From the human T2T-CHM13v2.0 reference genome, Homo sapiens: a DNA stretch of 64,000 nucleotides. The stretch is from the NCBI RefSeq assembly GCF_009914755.1, contig NC_060932.1; one strand, 5' to 3'. The position numbers were made by a program, and so were the translations under genes. The notes under the pieces were generated by a model. The model was not told the origin of the DNA, searched no databases, and was given only the letters and a program-made list of their open reading frames with translations. Of the stretch, positions 1-12,739 are shown piece after piece; the first letter of the stretch is position 1; each line of letters begins with the position of its first letter.

Positions 1-99
1 GTCTATCTTGTTTAAGTGACTTTATTTTAGGTTTCTGTGTACACCTGAACATCATCCTAATTAAATCAAACAACGTTTCCCTTGAGCATAGAGAAAAAT

Positions 100-700
100 A
101 AAAAAAGGAATCATGGAGAGTGGAAGCAGAGGAATCAGGAAACATTAAAAAAAATGCAATCCAAAATCTAGGGGTGGTGTATTCCCTAAAGTATTTCAAA
201 GAACAAAACATCCAGTTTGTTCTGCTACCACATATGTTTTGGTAATGTGAATTAGCTCATACAAAACTGGTAAATGGGAGAGTGATATTTATCTAATAAT
301 GTTGAAATTGTTTTGGTTGATATGCATGTATCCCAGTATGTGATTTCCAAGAAATCAGGGGGGAAACTTTCTAAACAATTAAAAAGCAAGCCTTAGCAAT
401 ATGCAAACACCTTAAGGAAAAAACTTCTACAGTGGCACCTTTCTTTATTGAAACAAAGGCTGGGTTAGTGGTTTCAGGAACTGCTATGTATTTCATGATA
501 TTAAGCTATCTGGTGAAGTGTGAAGACAGATAAAGAAGCTGCAAAAAGAAAAAAAGATGTTTGTTTGAAAACATTAGGAAGGCCCCTGAAGCAAATTTTT
601 AACACTGATAAAACTGGCATTTTGAAAGTAAATACCCCTACATCTCAAAAGAGCAAGCCCCTGAGTTTAAAAGCTACTCAGGGTAGGCTGCTAGTGGAGA
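100..700 (+). mobile_element. Degenerate pogo/Tigger-family DNA transposase fossil (CENP-B HTH / DDE_1 region)
   Basis: Broken frames give KGWVSGFRNCYVFHDIKLSGE (from 455) and QIFNTDKTGI (~592-620). These resemble the Tigger GWF.RFK...GE and QIFN.DETGL motifs. Stops and frameshifts are present; boundaries approximate. Confidence 0.6.
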
Positions 701-1482
701 TTGACTGAGCCAGTATTTTATAAATAGAGGCTTATTGTTTTTGTTGGTGTTCTTGTTATAAAATTGGGTGGTATGGTCTGTCCATAGCCCTATTTGTGCC
801 ATATGCCCAGTTATTTCCAGTGTATGCTTTTGTAGAATGCAAAGCTGGGTGTGAATGCACATGTGGTTTTACAAAGACATGGCTGTATGTAAGAAAGCAA
901 GAAGACTGGCTTCAGAGCAAACTATAACTGATACTCTTTTTTCACATCTTAACATCAATTCTTCAGTCAGGGTTGGCTTTTTAACCTGCTTCCTTCCATA
1001 ATTTTATTTAACAACTAGAATCAAATCTTGAAAAATGCAATGCCTTAAGCATTTTACCTTTCATGCTTCCTTTCTCAGAAAGTCACTAGAGGACATGCTC
1101 ATCCAAAATGAGGCAGTGAACAAGGGACCGCAGGAATCAGGGACTCAGCATAGGAGAGCGTGGAATAAAGACCAAGATGATGGTGAACTAAGTCCCAGGA
1201 AAATAGCTGTGTGGACAACTGAAGCACAAACTGCTCAGACTGGGCTCTGGGAAGGGAGCTTCTGGGGGCGACTAGAACTGAGGGACTATCTGATATTTAA
1301 AAAGTAATGTCTAAAGGTGTTTTTCACAGATATATTGGGAATGCCAAGAAGAATTAGCTGTGAAAATATGGAGAGCTGATGGTACTTTTATTTCCCACTA
1401 GGTAGAATGGATCATGTGTCCTAGGTTGGCTCTTTGGGTTTAAGCAAAAATGGATGTCATCCTGTTACTTTTCAAAAGTCCT

Positions 1483-1790
1483 GGCCAGGCACGGTGGCTC
1501 ACGCCGGTAATCCCAACACTTTGGGCGGCTGAGGCGGGTGGATCACCTGAGTTTGGGAATTCAAGATCAGCCTAGCCAACGTGGTGAAACCCCGTATCTA
1601 CTAAAAATACAAAAATTAGCTGGGCGTGGTATTCGGCACCTGTAATTCCATCTACTCAGGAGGCTGAGGTACGAGAATTGCTTGAACCTGGGAGGTGGAG
1701 GTTGCAGTGAGCCAAGATTGCATCACTGCACTCCAGCCTGGGGGATGGAGCAAGACTCAGTCTCAAAATAGTAATAATAATAATAACAAA
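1483..1790 (+). mobile_element. Alu (AluS-like)
   Basis: GGCCAGGCACGGTGGCTC start, dimeric body, (TAA)n tail, TSD CAAAAGTCC (1473-1481 / 1787-1795). Confidence 0.95.
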
Positions 1791-3963
1791 AGTCCCAGTA
1801 AAAACCCGGTAGTTTTAATAGATTTACTTGCAGTAAACACATGGAACACCATCCTGCTTTTGTGCCAGTGGCCTCACTCCAGGGGGTTGTTCTATCTCCC
1901 CAAAGCATGGTCAGGAAGCCCTATTGCTGCACCTCCCTCACAGGTGCAAAACACAGTAAGAGCGCTATGATTTTGATTGTGCATGTGGCTCTTCTCAAGT
2001 TGTGTGTCCTCTATGCAAACCTTTGGTTTTACACAATGACAAAACACTTATTTCTCCTAATTCCTTATGCCCAACTTAGATCTTGATCCTGAAAAATTCT
2101 CCTGCTCATTTGATACACCTTGTATGCAGATGTTAGGTTTATTGGTGAGCAGGCTTCTCTTGTCAAGGTTGGGACTTCATAGGGGCAATCATTGATGGGG
2201 TTAATCCTCAGAGAGGAAACTAGAACTAAAATATGTGCAGGATGAGATAGGGAAATCCCATCCGTTTCTGGCCTCGTTTTATTGCCTTTAATTGAAAGCT
2301 GCCTCTTACCTCATGGTTTTGAGTTACTTCATTGTGTAATCTTTTTGAAGGCATGAATTTCAGCAAAAATTAGGAATCCCTCGTTTATGTTAGAAATTTC
2401 ACTGTTGAGCACTATAAATGCAAACAATGGAACTGAGGTGACAATCTGCTGAAGGGATACCTTTGGAGTCTGGCTGAAGGTCGCATGTGGGTGGGTGAAG
2501 GAAACAGTCTCAACTTGCTTTTCGGCCCGACAGTGGGAATATTCTTTTGACATTGATAATTTCAGACATCTTAAGTTCTGAATTGTTAAAATGGTTTTTT
2601 AAAATGTTGCTCTTAGAAACAAGAAAATACGGTAATTCTAGAAGCAACCCTTTTCAGTTCCTCAGGCACTGTGCCAGGCATCAAAGACCATTTAAAGTAT
2701 AGCCCCAGCCCTCAAGAAGTTCTGGTCAGAGGAAAGAATGATTGATACCAAAGAAACCACAGGGAAGAAAAGTGAAAAAAAGATCACTTCTGATTCCATG
2801 TAAAATTATACAGTTACGAACTATATTAATAGCTGAAGGATAAGGCTGATATCCAAAAGTCAAATAAATTTAATTCCTAATTATCCACATACAAGAAACT
2901 AAATGAATGAAAGAAGCAATAGTAATTTTCCATATAAATATAGTTGAGAAATTATGCATTACCCTGGCCACACAAATACAACTGCTATAGTTGACTCTGA
3001 ACATCTGGAACACTTCTGGATGTGTAACTTGGAACCGAGGATATGGCATTCTTTTTAAGGGTGTGTGTATTCACAACTTAGGGAAGAATCCCAAATTGAA
3101 TTCCATAGTTAAAAGCAAAAACAAGTTTTAACACACTGAAAGAGTACACTCCTGTCTGGTTGAGAGAGATCAGCCAATAAATGATGGATCCCTGGGCAGC
3201 TCAAATGCCAGTGTGGCACGTTTCCTATGGAATGTGGAGGCATTCAGAGACTTAAATGATTTTACTCTCTCAACAGAATCCAGATGCTCTTAAATATTAC
3301 AGATATTATTATAAATTAAACAATATAAGTAGCCAGAAAATATTGTAGTTAGGGTTTCTATAAAAATTGTTTTGAACACTGATGTAGAAAGAGCTGTATC
3401 CTTTTTCCCAACATGGCTATTTCAAACTTGTGATAGTATATTCTTGTATATTATTGATCACCTCTTTATATTTTCTGTTATAAACATCCTATAAAGTATG
3501 CTAATATATTTGTTAATTTCTCTCCACATAAATATTCATAATGTCCTGTCCAAGAAAGTAGAAAATGGGACCTTGAAATAAAACAAATGACCCAGTCAAC
3601 AACTAAATCTCCTTTAAAAAAAAAAGTCACAAGTCAATTTACCTTTGCTTTAATGGTTTTTGGTAGCCCCATAAAATGGTCTTATTTTGTGAAGGGGAGA
3701 CATTTCTAAATATGTAAAATTTGTTTTAATTCTTTAGGAAAGCAGAATTCAACACATCTTCGAAAGAAAATCCAAATGCTGTATTATAAGTTAATTTAAC
3801 TTATATTTACAAGTTAGGTTTAACTTATTGGTATGTCAACCAACAATATTTTTACCACCTGTAAAAGGTATGGGCCATGAATGTGATAGAATCTTTACTA
3901 CAAATAATTTCTTCACTATGGCAAAATATTCGATGATGGAAGAACTTTAAGAAAAGCTTTACA

Positions 3964-4263
3964 GGCCAGGTGCAGGGGCTCACGTCTGTATTCCCAACAT
4001 TTTGAGAGGCCGAGGTGGGCGGATCACGAGGTCAAGAGTTCGAGACCAGCCTGACCAACATGGTGAAACCCTGTCTCTACTAAAAATACAAAAATTAGCT
4101 GGGCATGGTGGTGTGCACCTGTAATCTCAGCTACTCAGGAGGCTGAGGCAGGAGAATTGCTTGAACCCAGGAGGCGGAGGTTGCAGTGAGCCGCGATAGC
4201 ACCACTGCATTCTAGCCTGGGCAACAGAGCAAGACTCAGTCTCAAAAAGAAAGAAAAAAAAAA
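3964..4263 (+). mobile_element. Alu (AluS-like)
   Basis: Full dimeric Alu with A tail; AAAAGCTTT on both flanks. Confidence 0.95.
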
Positions 4264-4312
4264 GCTTTGTAGAATTATAACTACCTGGAGAAATGTTCAA
4301 TTTAGCAATAGA

Positions 4313-4631
<319 letters not shown>

Positions 4632-6240
4632 CTATTATAATTTATGCAAAAATTTAAAAATATTCTATTTTAAAATGCCCAGCTATACTAAATCTAAACT
4701 TAAAAATCATGTTAAATAAGGAATAATTATTCACCTTTCAAAAGTGTCTAGGCTTTACAAAATGATTTGTTTCAATGTTCTTTTCAAATAGACAGCACCC
4801 TTGGAAGCACATTTAGAAGGTGACTACATTGACAAAATATGATTTACATATTTATTCTTAGGAATATATTTTCTTTCGAGTGAGATCCTCTAATTGTACA
4901 TAAATAAATTTGTTCCAGGAAAGTCAGCTGAAGAGTGTTTTAAGTGGTGGTTTCACTGGTCAACAAAACATTGTTCATAATCTTGCTGATGGAACATAAA
5001 ACCCTGAGAGGGGAAATGTGTTCTGGAACAAAGGCTGATATTATAAGGAGTTTAGGGCAGGCTGATTTATTTGTCATGTGGCTGAGATTTTTAAAAGGAA
5101 GAGGAAGTTCCATAATTCAACAGAGCAAGTGACCTGCAAATGATCAACTTTTAAAAAATCATTTACTGTGAAATAAAATCTTCAGAAAGAGCAATAGTGC
5201 TAATTATGATCGTAGTATTATGTTGATATTTCAAAAAAATTAAATTATCAGTTCTGAAAATCTAATAAAAATGTATGGCAATTATTCTCATCTTTACTCC
5301 TACGCATAAGCAACATTATAAAACAGGAAGAGACCTAAGAAGTATCATTTTGAATAAAGAATGCTGTACTTTAGGCATAGCACGGAATATTAAAGAGATT
5401 TTTTATGTAATAATATCTTTGGTAACAGTGTATTTATATTTGTGGATTTATTTTTGCATCAGACTACTGAAAGTCCTAAAGAAAGCAACATGTTCTGGAA
5501 AATAACTAAATTAGCATCCATAGTTAACCTATGATCATGGTTTGGGCCTACACTAATAATATGTTGATCTTACCATGTTTTCATAAATATTATTCAAACA
5601 TGAGTCACGTAGAGTAATGTGATTACATTTTGGTCAATTTACCTCTTTCCTCCCTTCCCCATTTTCTCCAGAAGCAGGAATCCCTCACTATGTCCAAACA
5701 CACAACTTTTCTCTGAGACATTCCTTCTAGCACCCTCTATCATCCAATTCCAACATGGATTTCTGCTTTCTGGGCCTTCTACATAACTGTCATCCCAGGC
5801 CCTCCTTTCAACAACATTCTGTAACTCTGTTTGCCTCTTTCTTGTACCCTGGTGTTGTAGGAACGCTCTCACCTCCTTTTCCTTTTTGTTGTTGTAATCT
5901 TATGTTTTGGAGCAAGTGCAGCTTTAATTTCTTAACAAAGGGAGCATGAGAGGTAAACTTTGATTCCTTATATGGATTAAATGTCTTTATTCTATCACAC
6001 TTGAATGACATATGTGGCTCAGTTTAGACTTCTAGGTTAGAAATAACTTTCTCTTATAATTCAGAAGGCATTGCTCCATTATCCACTAGCTTCAAGAATT
6101 TCTGTTGAGAAGCCCAATGCCATTAAGATTTCCAGTCATGGGTATGTACCTGTTTCTTCTATCTGGGAACTTTTAGGGTTCTCTCTTTTCTCTCATATTC
6201 TAAAATATCACAATGATGTGTTATTGTGTGAGCCTTTCTT

Positions 6241-6544
6241 TTCTTTTCTTTCTTTTTTTTTTTTTTTACGGATTCTCGCTCTGTGGCCCAGGCTGGAGTG
6301 CAGTGGCGCGATCTCGGCTCACTGCAAGCTCCGCCTTCCGGGTTCACGCCATTCTCCTGCCTCAGCCTCTCCGAGTAGCTGGGACTACAGGCGCCCGCCA
6401 CCACTACCGGCTAATTTTTTTTTTTTTTTTGTATTTTTAGTAGAGACGGGGTTTCACCGTGATCTCGATCCGCTGACCTCGTGATCCGCCTGCCTCGGCC
6501 TCCCAAAGTGCTGGGATTACAAGCGTGAGCCACCGCGCCCGGCC
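6241..6544 (-). mobile_element. AluY with small internal deletion
   Basis: Reverse Alu with AluY-type CTGCAAGCTCCGCC/CACGCCATTC; TSD GTGAG(C/T)CTTTCTT (6228-6240 / 6545-6557); the GTTAGCCAGGATG segment is missing near 6460. Confidence 0.93.
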
Positions 6545-7384
6545 GTGAGTCTTTCTTACAGTTAATTGTTCTGGGCAATTAGTGCATCCTATTAACCTGG
6601 AGACACCTGTTATCCAGCTCTGGTACTGTTTGTGCATTCGTTTGATAATTTCTTCCTGTCCATATGCTCTTTCAGGTATTTCTAGTATTTGGACACTGAA
6701 CTTCCTGGATCGATCCATTATCTTATTTTTTTCTCTTACATTTATTATCTTTTTAGTTCTCATTTCTGGAAGATTTATTTGACTTTATCTCCCACACCTT
6801 CGATAAATTTTTTCTTTTAATCAGAAGAGAGCTAGAGTATATAAATGTTTTAAATTTTTGTCATAATACTTTTTCATTTCAAACATCTTTTTTAAACATA
6901 ATATTTTGACTGTTCCTTTAAAATATTATTCTGTTCCTCTTTTATGAATTAAATATCTTCTTTATCTTTCTGAAAAAGATTCATAATAGATTTTTAACCA
7001 TCTGTGTCATTGTTTCTTCTTTTTTTGTTTCTTTTATCTTCTGCCTTTCATGCTAGAGGCTTTTTCAAATTTTGGGGAATCTTGGGGTATCTGCTCACTT
7101 TTAAGAGGGGACAAAAAGATAACTTAGGGCAAGGATGGGACTTCATTATAGGGGGATGAGGCCACCTGTCAGTATCTTTAAGTCTTTTTTCTTGAGTTGC
7201 TTAGTTTTTCCAGAGAGACATCTTTCAATATTCTGCCTGAGCAGGGGCAAGGGATGGGTATAAACCTGACCATTAGTGTCCTTGAAGCCAACAGACAGAT
7301 GAAAAACAAATGGTCCGTGCTTTCATCATTCAATATACAGATTTTCACATCCTTTTCCTTCTTTCACAGGGGAGTAAGTCTTCA

Positions 7385-7782
7385 TTCTTCTGCAGACATA
7401 GGTGATCAACAGTTCAAGATGATTCTGTCAAGGTGTAGACAGGGCTGGTTTCTTTTGGAGGCTCTAGGGGAGAATCTGTTGCTTATCTTTTCCAGCTTCT
7501 AGAGGTTGCTGATGTCCTTTGACTCGTGGTCACATCATTTCAATCTCTGCTTTCTTCCTTATATCTAATTCTACCAACTTTGAAACTTCAACCTTTCCCT
7601 CTTATAAGGACTCTCATGATTACATCAGGCCTACCTTGATAATCCAGGACTATTTCCTCATATCAAAATGCTTAATTTAATCACATCTGCAAAGTTTCTT
7701 TTACTCTATAAGGTAACATATTTACAGTTTTGCAGATTAGGATGTGAACATCTTTGCTGGGGGCATCATTCAGCCTAGCACA
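7385..7782 (-). mobile_element. MLT1 (MaLR) solo LTR
   Basis: GGAGGCTCTAGGGGAGAATC...TAATCACATCTGCAAAG...GGATGTGAACATCTTTG...CAGCCTAGCACA matches the reverse MLT1 consensus as remembered. Confidence 0.75.
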
Positions 7783-8365
7783 ACTGGTAACTCACAGGCT
7801 ATTCCAAATTTAATAAATCCCAAGACAATCTTCTAATCTTCCCATCTCCGAAATCTGCTCATCTTAGTGAACCCCATCTCAGCAAATGTGCCAACATCCA
7901 CATAGTTCCTCATCCCAGAATCCTGGTCCTCATTTTAGACATGTCCCTGTAATTAATCCACATCCCACCAACCACGAAGTCTTCCTGATTCTTTAACCTA
8001 ATCTTTTTTAAATTTTTTATTTTTTCCATCTTCAATATAATTGTCACATCAGGACGACTGTGGCAGTCTCCTAGTAGAACTCCCCACATCCCAGACTTAT
8101 TCCCACATCCAATTTATCCTCCAAGCAGTAACCAGAGTAATCATTTCAAATGCAAATCTAATCATGTTACTCTTTTCAGTAGTTCTAATCCTAATCACAT
8201 GCTCAGTGTTTCTGGTGACAAGCCTCCATCCGGAAGCTTTTTAAGGCATCTCTTCCTCATTCCCCTGACACGAATTACCTCATTAGCATAACAAAGACAT
8301 CCCTATCACTAAGGGTATTCCATGGGTTTTTGAATCTCTGTACTAGGAACCAGAGACAAAGACTT

Positions 8366-8366
<1 letters not shown>

Positions 8367-8403
<37 letters not shown>

Positions 8404-8445
8404 TGTATATATATATAATTTTATATATTATATATTATGTATATA
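8367..8445. repeat. (TA)n(CA)n microsatellite
   Basis: Direct reading of the sequence. Confidence 0.95.
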
Positions 8446-8721
8446 ATTTATTATACCACATACAGTCCTATGGTTTTTGACAAATGCATAATGTTATGTA
8501 TCAATCATTATAGTATCATACAGAATAGCTTCACTACCATACAAATCCCCTGTGCTTCCCCTACTCACCCATCTGCATCTCCCCTAACCCCTGGCAATCA
8601 TTCATCTTTTTATTGTCACTATAATTTTGCCTTTTCCAGAATGTCACAATGTTGGAGCCATACAATATGTAGTCTTTTTAGACTGGCTTATTCACTTAGA
8701 AAAATACATTTATCAATCTCC

Positions 8722-8862
8722 TTTTTTTTTAAATTTAGAAATGAGGTCTCACTATGCTGTCCAGGCTGGAGTGGAGTGTCTATTCATAGACTGCAGCCTT
8801 GAACTCTGAAGCTCAAGTGACCCTCCTGCCTCAGCCTCTCTAGCAGCTGGGACTACAGGTGA
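8722..8862 (-). mobile_element. Alu monomer fragment (FLAM/AluJ-like)
   Basis: Poly-T, CCAGGCTGGAGTG, GCTCAAGTGA, GGGACTACAGG. Confidence 0.8.
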
Positions 8863-9444
8863 CTGACTTTCTCGTGTCTTATTAAGGCTTGATAGCTCAT
8901 TTTTTATTGTTGAATAATATTCAGTTGCATGGATGTACCACAGTTTGTTTCTCCATTAACCTATTGAAAGACATCTTGTTTGTTTCCAATTTTTGGCAAT
9001 TATGAATAAAGCCTCCTTAAATATTCACGTGTAGCTTTTGTGTGTACATAAGTTTTCAACCAATTTGAGTAAATACCTAGGAACATGATTCATGGTTCAT
9101 ATGGCAAGACTATGTTTAGCTTTGTAAGAAACTTCTGAATTGTCTTCCAAAGTGGCTGTACCATTTTGCATTCCCACCAGCAATGAGAGTTTCTCACTCT
9201 AGTTTGCATTTGGTACTGTCAGTATTTTGGATTTTAGCCATTCTAATAGGTGTATAGTGGTATCTCATTGATGTTTTAATTTGCAGTTCCTTAATGTTAC
9301 GTGATGTTGAGCTTCTTTTTACATAGTTATTTGCCATATCCATCTTCTTTGGTGAAATGTCTGTTCAGATCTTTTGTCCAATTTTTAATTGGCTTGTTTT
9401 ATTATTGTTGAGGTTTAACTGTTCTTTGCGCATTTTGAACACAA

Positions 9445-9712
9445 TTTTTTTTAAATAAAATAGAGATAGGGTCCCACTATGTTGCCCAGGCTGGCCTCAA
9501 ACTCCTGGGCTCAAGTGATCTTCCCACCTCAGCCTCCCAAGCAGCTGGGACTACAGGTGTCTGCCACCACATCCAGCTAATTTTATTTTTTGTTTAGAAA
9601 TAGGGTCTTGCTATGTTGCGTAGGCTGGTTTCAAACTCCTTGGCTCAAGCAATCCTCCCACCTAAGCCTTCCGAAGTGCTGGGATTACAGGTGTGAGCCA
9701 CTGCACTTGGCC
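9445..9712 (-). mobile_element. AluJ-like element
   Basis: Two Alu monomers ending in GGCC. Confidence 0.88.
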
Positions 9713-10230
9713 AAAATTCTTTATCAGACATATTTTTTACAAATATTTTCTCCCAGTCTGTAGCTTGTCTTCTCATTCTCTTGACACTGTCTTTTACAAA
9801 GCAAAAGTTTTTCATTTTAGTAAAGCCCAACTTGTCAACTTTTTCTTCCATTGTGCATTTGTTGTTTCATCTGAAATCTTTTTGCCAAATCTGAGGTCAC
9901 CTATATTTTCTCCTGTGTTATCTTCTGGCAGTTTTATAGTTTAGCTTTTAAATTTAAGTCTATGATCCATTTTTATTTAACTTTTGTGAAGGGTGTTAAG
10001 TCTATGTCTAGATTCAATTTTTTTTTTTTACATGTGGAAGTCCAGTTGTTCCAGCACCATTTATTGAGAAGACTGTCCTTTGCTACTTTGCCAAAGATCT
10101 GTTAAATGTATCTGTTTGGGTCAAGTTCTGTGCTTTGTATTCTGTTCCATTGATCTATTTGTTTATTCTTTTGTCAATACCATGCTCTCTTGATTACTAT
10201 AGCTTTACAGTAAATTTTGAAGTTGAGTAC

Positions 10231-10596
10231 TTCTATGGACTGAATGTTTGTGTCCCCCCAAAATTTATATGTTGAGGCTTAATCTCCAATGTGATGGTAT
10301 TTAGACCCAAGGTTTTTGAGAGATAATTAGCTCATGAGAGTTGAGCCCTCGTAATGAAATGAATGCCCTAATAAGAATAGATAGAAGAGAATGTGCTTTA
10401 TCTGTCTTGTTTTCTGCCATGTGGGGATACAATGGGAAGAATGCCATCTGCACACTCAAAAGTGAGCCCTCACCAGATTTCCAGATGTGCCAGCAACTTG
10501 ATTTTGGGCTTCTCAGACTTCAGAGATGTGAGAAATAAATTTCTGTCGTTTAAGCCACCCAATCTATGGCAATTTGTTACAACAGCCTGAACTAAG
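10231..10596 (+). mobile_element. MLT1A/MST-like MaLR solo LTR inserted into L1
   Basis: CTATGGACTGAATGTTTGTGTCCCC...AGAAATAAATTTCTG...TAAGCCACCCA...GAACTAAG; GTAC on both flanks. Confidence 0.85.
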
Positions 10597-11038
10597 GTAC
10601 TGTTAGGCCTCTGACTTTGTTCCTCTCCTTTGGTATTGGTTTGGCTCTTCTGGGTCTTTCATTTTTCCATATAAACTTGAGAATCAGTTAATATCCACAA
10701 AATAACTTGCTGGGATTTTGATTGATTTGATTTGATTGTATCAAATCTATAGATTAAGTTGGGCAGAACTGACAGTTAAATATCAAGTACTCCTATCCAT
10801 GAAAATGGAATATCTTTAAATTTATTTAGATCTCCTTTGAACTTTGTAGTTTTTCTCATTGGAAGTTTTTTTTATTTAGAATTTTGTAGTTTTTCTTGTA
10901 TAAACCTTTTACATATTTTGTTAGATTTATACCTAAATATTTCATTTTATTTTGGTGCTAATGTCAGTGGTTATTGTTTTTAATTTCAAATACCAATTGT
11001 TTATTGATGGTATATAAGAAAACAACAGACCATGTATG

Positions 11039-11267
11039 CAGGTCGACTATTCCTAGTACAGAAATCCAAAATATGAACTACTCTAAAATATGAAACTTTT
11101 TGAGTGCTGACATGAGGACCAAGGGAAATGTTCACTGGAACATTTTGAGTTTTGGAGTAGGGATGGTAAACCCATAAGTATATAATGCAAATATTACAAA
11201 AGCAAAAAAAAAAAATCCAAAACTGGAAACATTTCTGGTCCCAAGCATTTTGGCTTAGAATGAGCCT
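11039..11267 (+). mobile_element. Tigger4a/MER46A-like non-autonomous DNA transposon
   Basis: CAGGT...GAAACTTTTTGAGTGCTGACATGA...TCTGGTCCCAAGCATTT...CCTG. Confidence 0.7.
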
Positions 11268-12339
11268 GTTTTAAACTTGTTCATGCAAACTTGCTATAAT
11301 TGCTTTTCATTCTGTTTTTTTAGGCGAGGAGTGTCAATTTTTTCCGGATTTTCTATGTTAGATAACCATCTCATCTGAAAGCAAAAAGTTGTATTTCTTC
11401 CTTCCCAATCTACCTTGTAATTATTTTTAAATGTCCATTTCATCAGCCTAACTATAACCTTACTGAGAGCAAAGTTTTCATCTTTAGTTGTCACCTCTTT
11501 TACACTCAGATTTTTATTAGTTTTGCCATATATTAAATTATTCTGGCACTAATTTAGCTAGAAATAAACTGCTTGTAAATGCTATTTTGTCAAGGACTCT
11601 ACAGTATTCCGTGGTAACTATGATTACTCTTGGGTAAACTGTGCCTCAGTTTCTTTGTCTGTAATGGGATGTCTTTATAGACTGATGTGAAGACCAAATA
11701 AGACTATACATTAAGTTCGTAGAGCTATGGCTGGCACAAAATCAGCCCTCAAGAAATGATCGTTATGTTTTTTTACTGGGAAGCAATTACTTTTGCGCAG
11801 CACCACACCTAACTCTCAATAGCGAAGGAATATTAGCTTAGGCGGACAGAGTAATACGCCCCCCACCCCCAACATCCAAATTTCCAACAGAAAAATAAAG
11901 CAGGAGTTGAGAAGGGGTCGTGAGAGGAACGTTTCTGAGCCTATAGTGGAGAGGTACAGCAAGCCGAGAGTGAGACTAGGGCAGCAAGTGGTGGAAGTCG
12001 AAGGCATCCCAAGAGGGAACAGGGGCTCCCGAGACCTCTTTGAATTGGAGGCGACGAGAACCAAGCGACCGTGAGCTGCGATGCACACAGTAGTGAGTGG
12101 GTGGCACGGGGCCCGCGGGCACGAACAGCCGAAGAGCGGAGAAGACTGGGAGCATAACCGCTGGGCAGCGGGCAGCGGACAGCGGGCGGCATGAACCGCC
12201 CCACTTTGCCGGATACCTGGAGCTGCAGGAACGACCCACACCCAGGCCTCTTTACCCCTACCGCCCCGTTACCTTGGGGACGGGATCACCCGACCCGGCG
12301 CCGTGCGACTGCGCGGGCTGAAGGCGGGGGCGGTGCCAT

Positions 12340-12450
12340 GACGCGCCTCGGGGGCGGTCCTCGGGCGCGCACCGCTCTCTTACACTCGGGCCTCAGAAGT
12401 CCGTGCCAGTGACCGGAGGCGGCGGCGGCGAGCGGTTCCTTGTGGGCTAG
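12340..12450 (+). other. SDCBP: SDCBP exon 1 (5' UTR; start approximate)
   Basis: Ends at TAG|GTGAGA donor (12450/12451); short GGC repeat. Confidence 0.8.
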
Positions 12451-12702
12451 GTGAGAGGCCAAGGGGGCAAGGAGGGACGCCGGTGCCAGGTCCCGGGCGC
12501 GGGGACTTGGGGCAGAGGTGTGACGGTCCCTGGGCCACTTCACAGACTGCATCCTGGTCGCAGCCGTTTTCGCGAGGCAGCGGCGACGCCCTCTCCTCAG
12601 GGGGCTCCGCGCCCCTCCCTGCGCCCTGCTGGCTGGGGGGGCAAGTTTGCGGGAGCAGCGCGCTCTTCCTGCCGCGACCCCGCGCGTTTCGGGCTCCTGC
12701 CC

Positions 12703-12739
12703 GGGCTGGGGCTGGGGCTGGGGCTGGGGCTGGGGCTGG
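12703..12739 (+). repeat. (GGGGCT)n tandem repeat, G-quadruplex-capable
   Basis: GGGCT followed by five GGGGCT units. Confidence 0.9.

Larger units (their letters stand above)
8460..11440 (-). mobile_element. Old L1 (L1M-type) 3' portion, antisense, interrupted by younger insertions
   Basis: Typical L1 3' phrases (TTCCAAAGTGGCTGTACCATTTTGCATTCCCACCAGCAATG, CCAGCACCATTTATTG, CTTGATTACTATAGCTTT). Confidence 0.85.
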
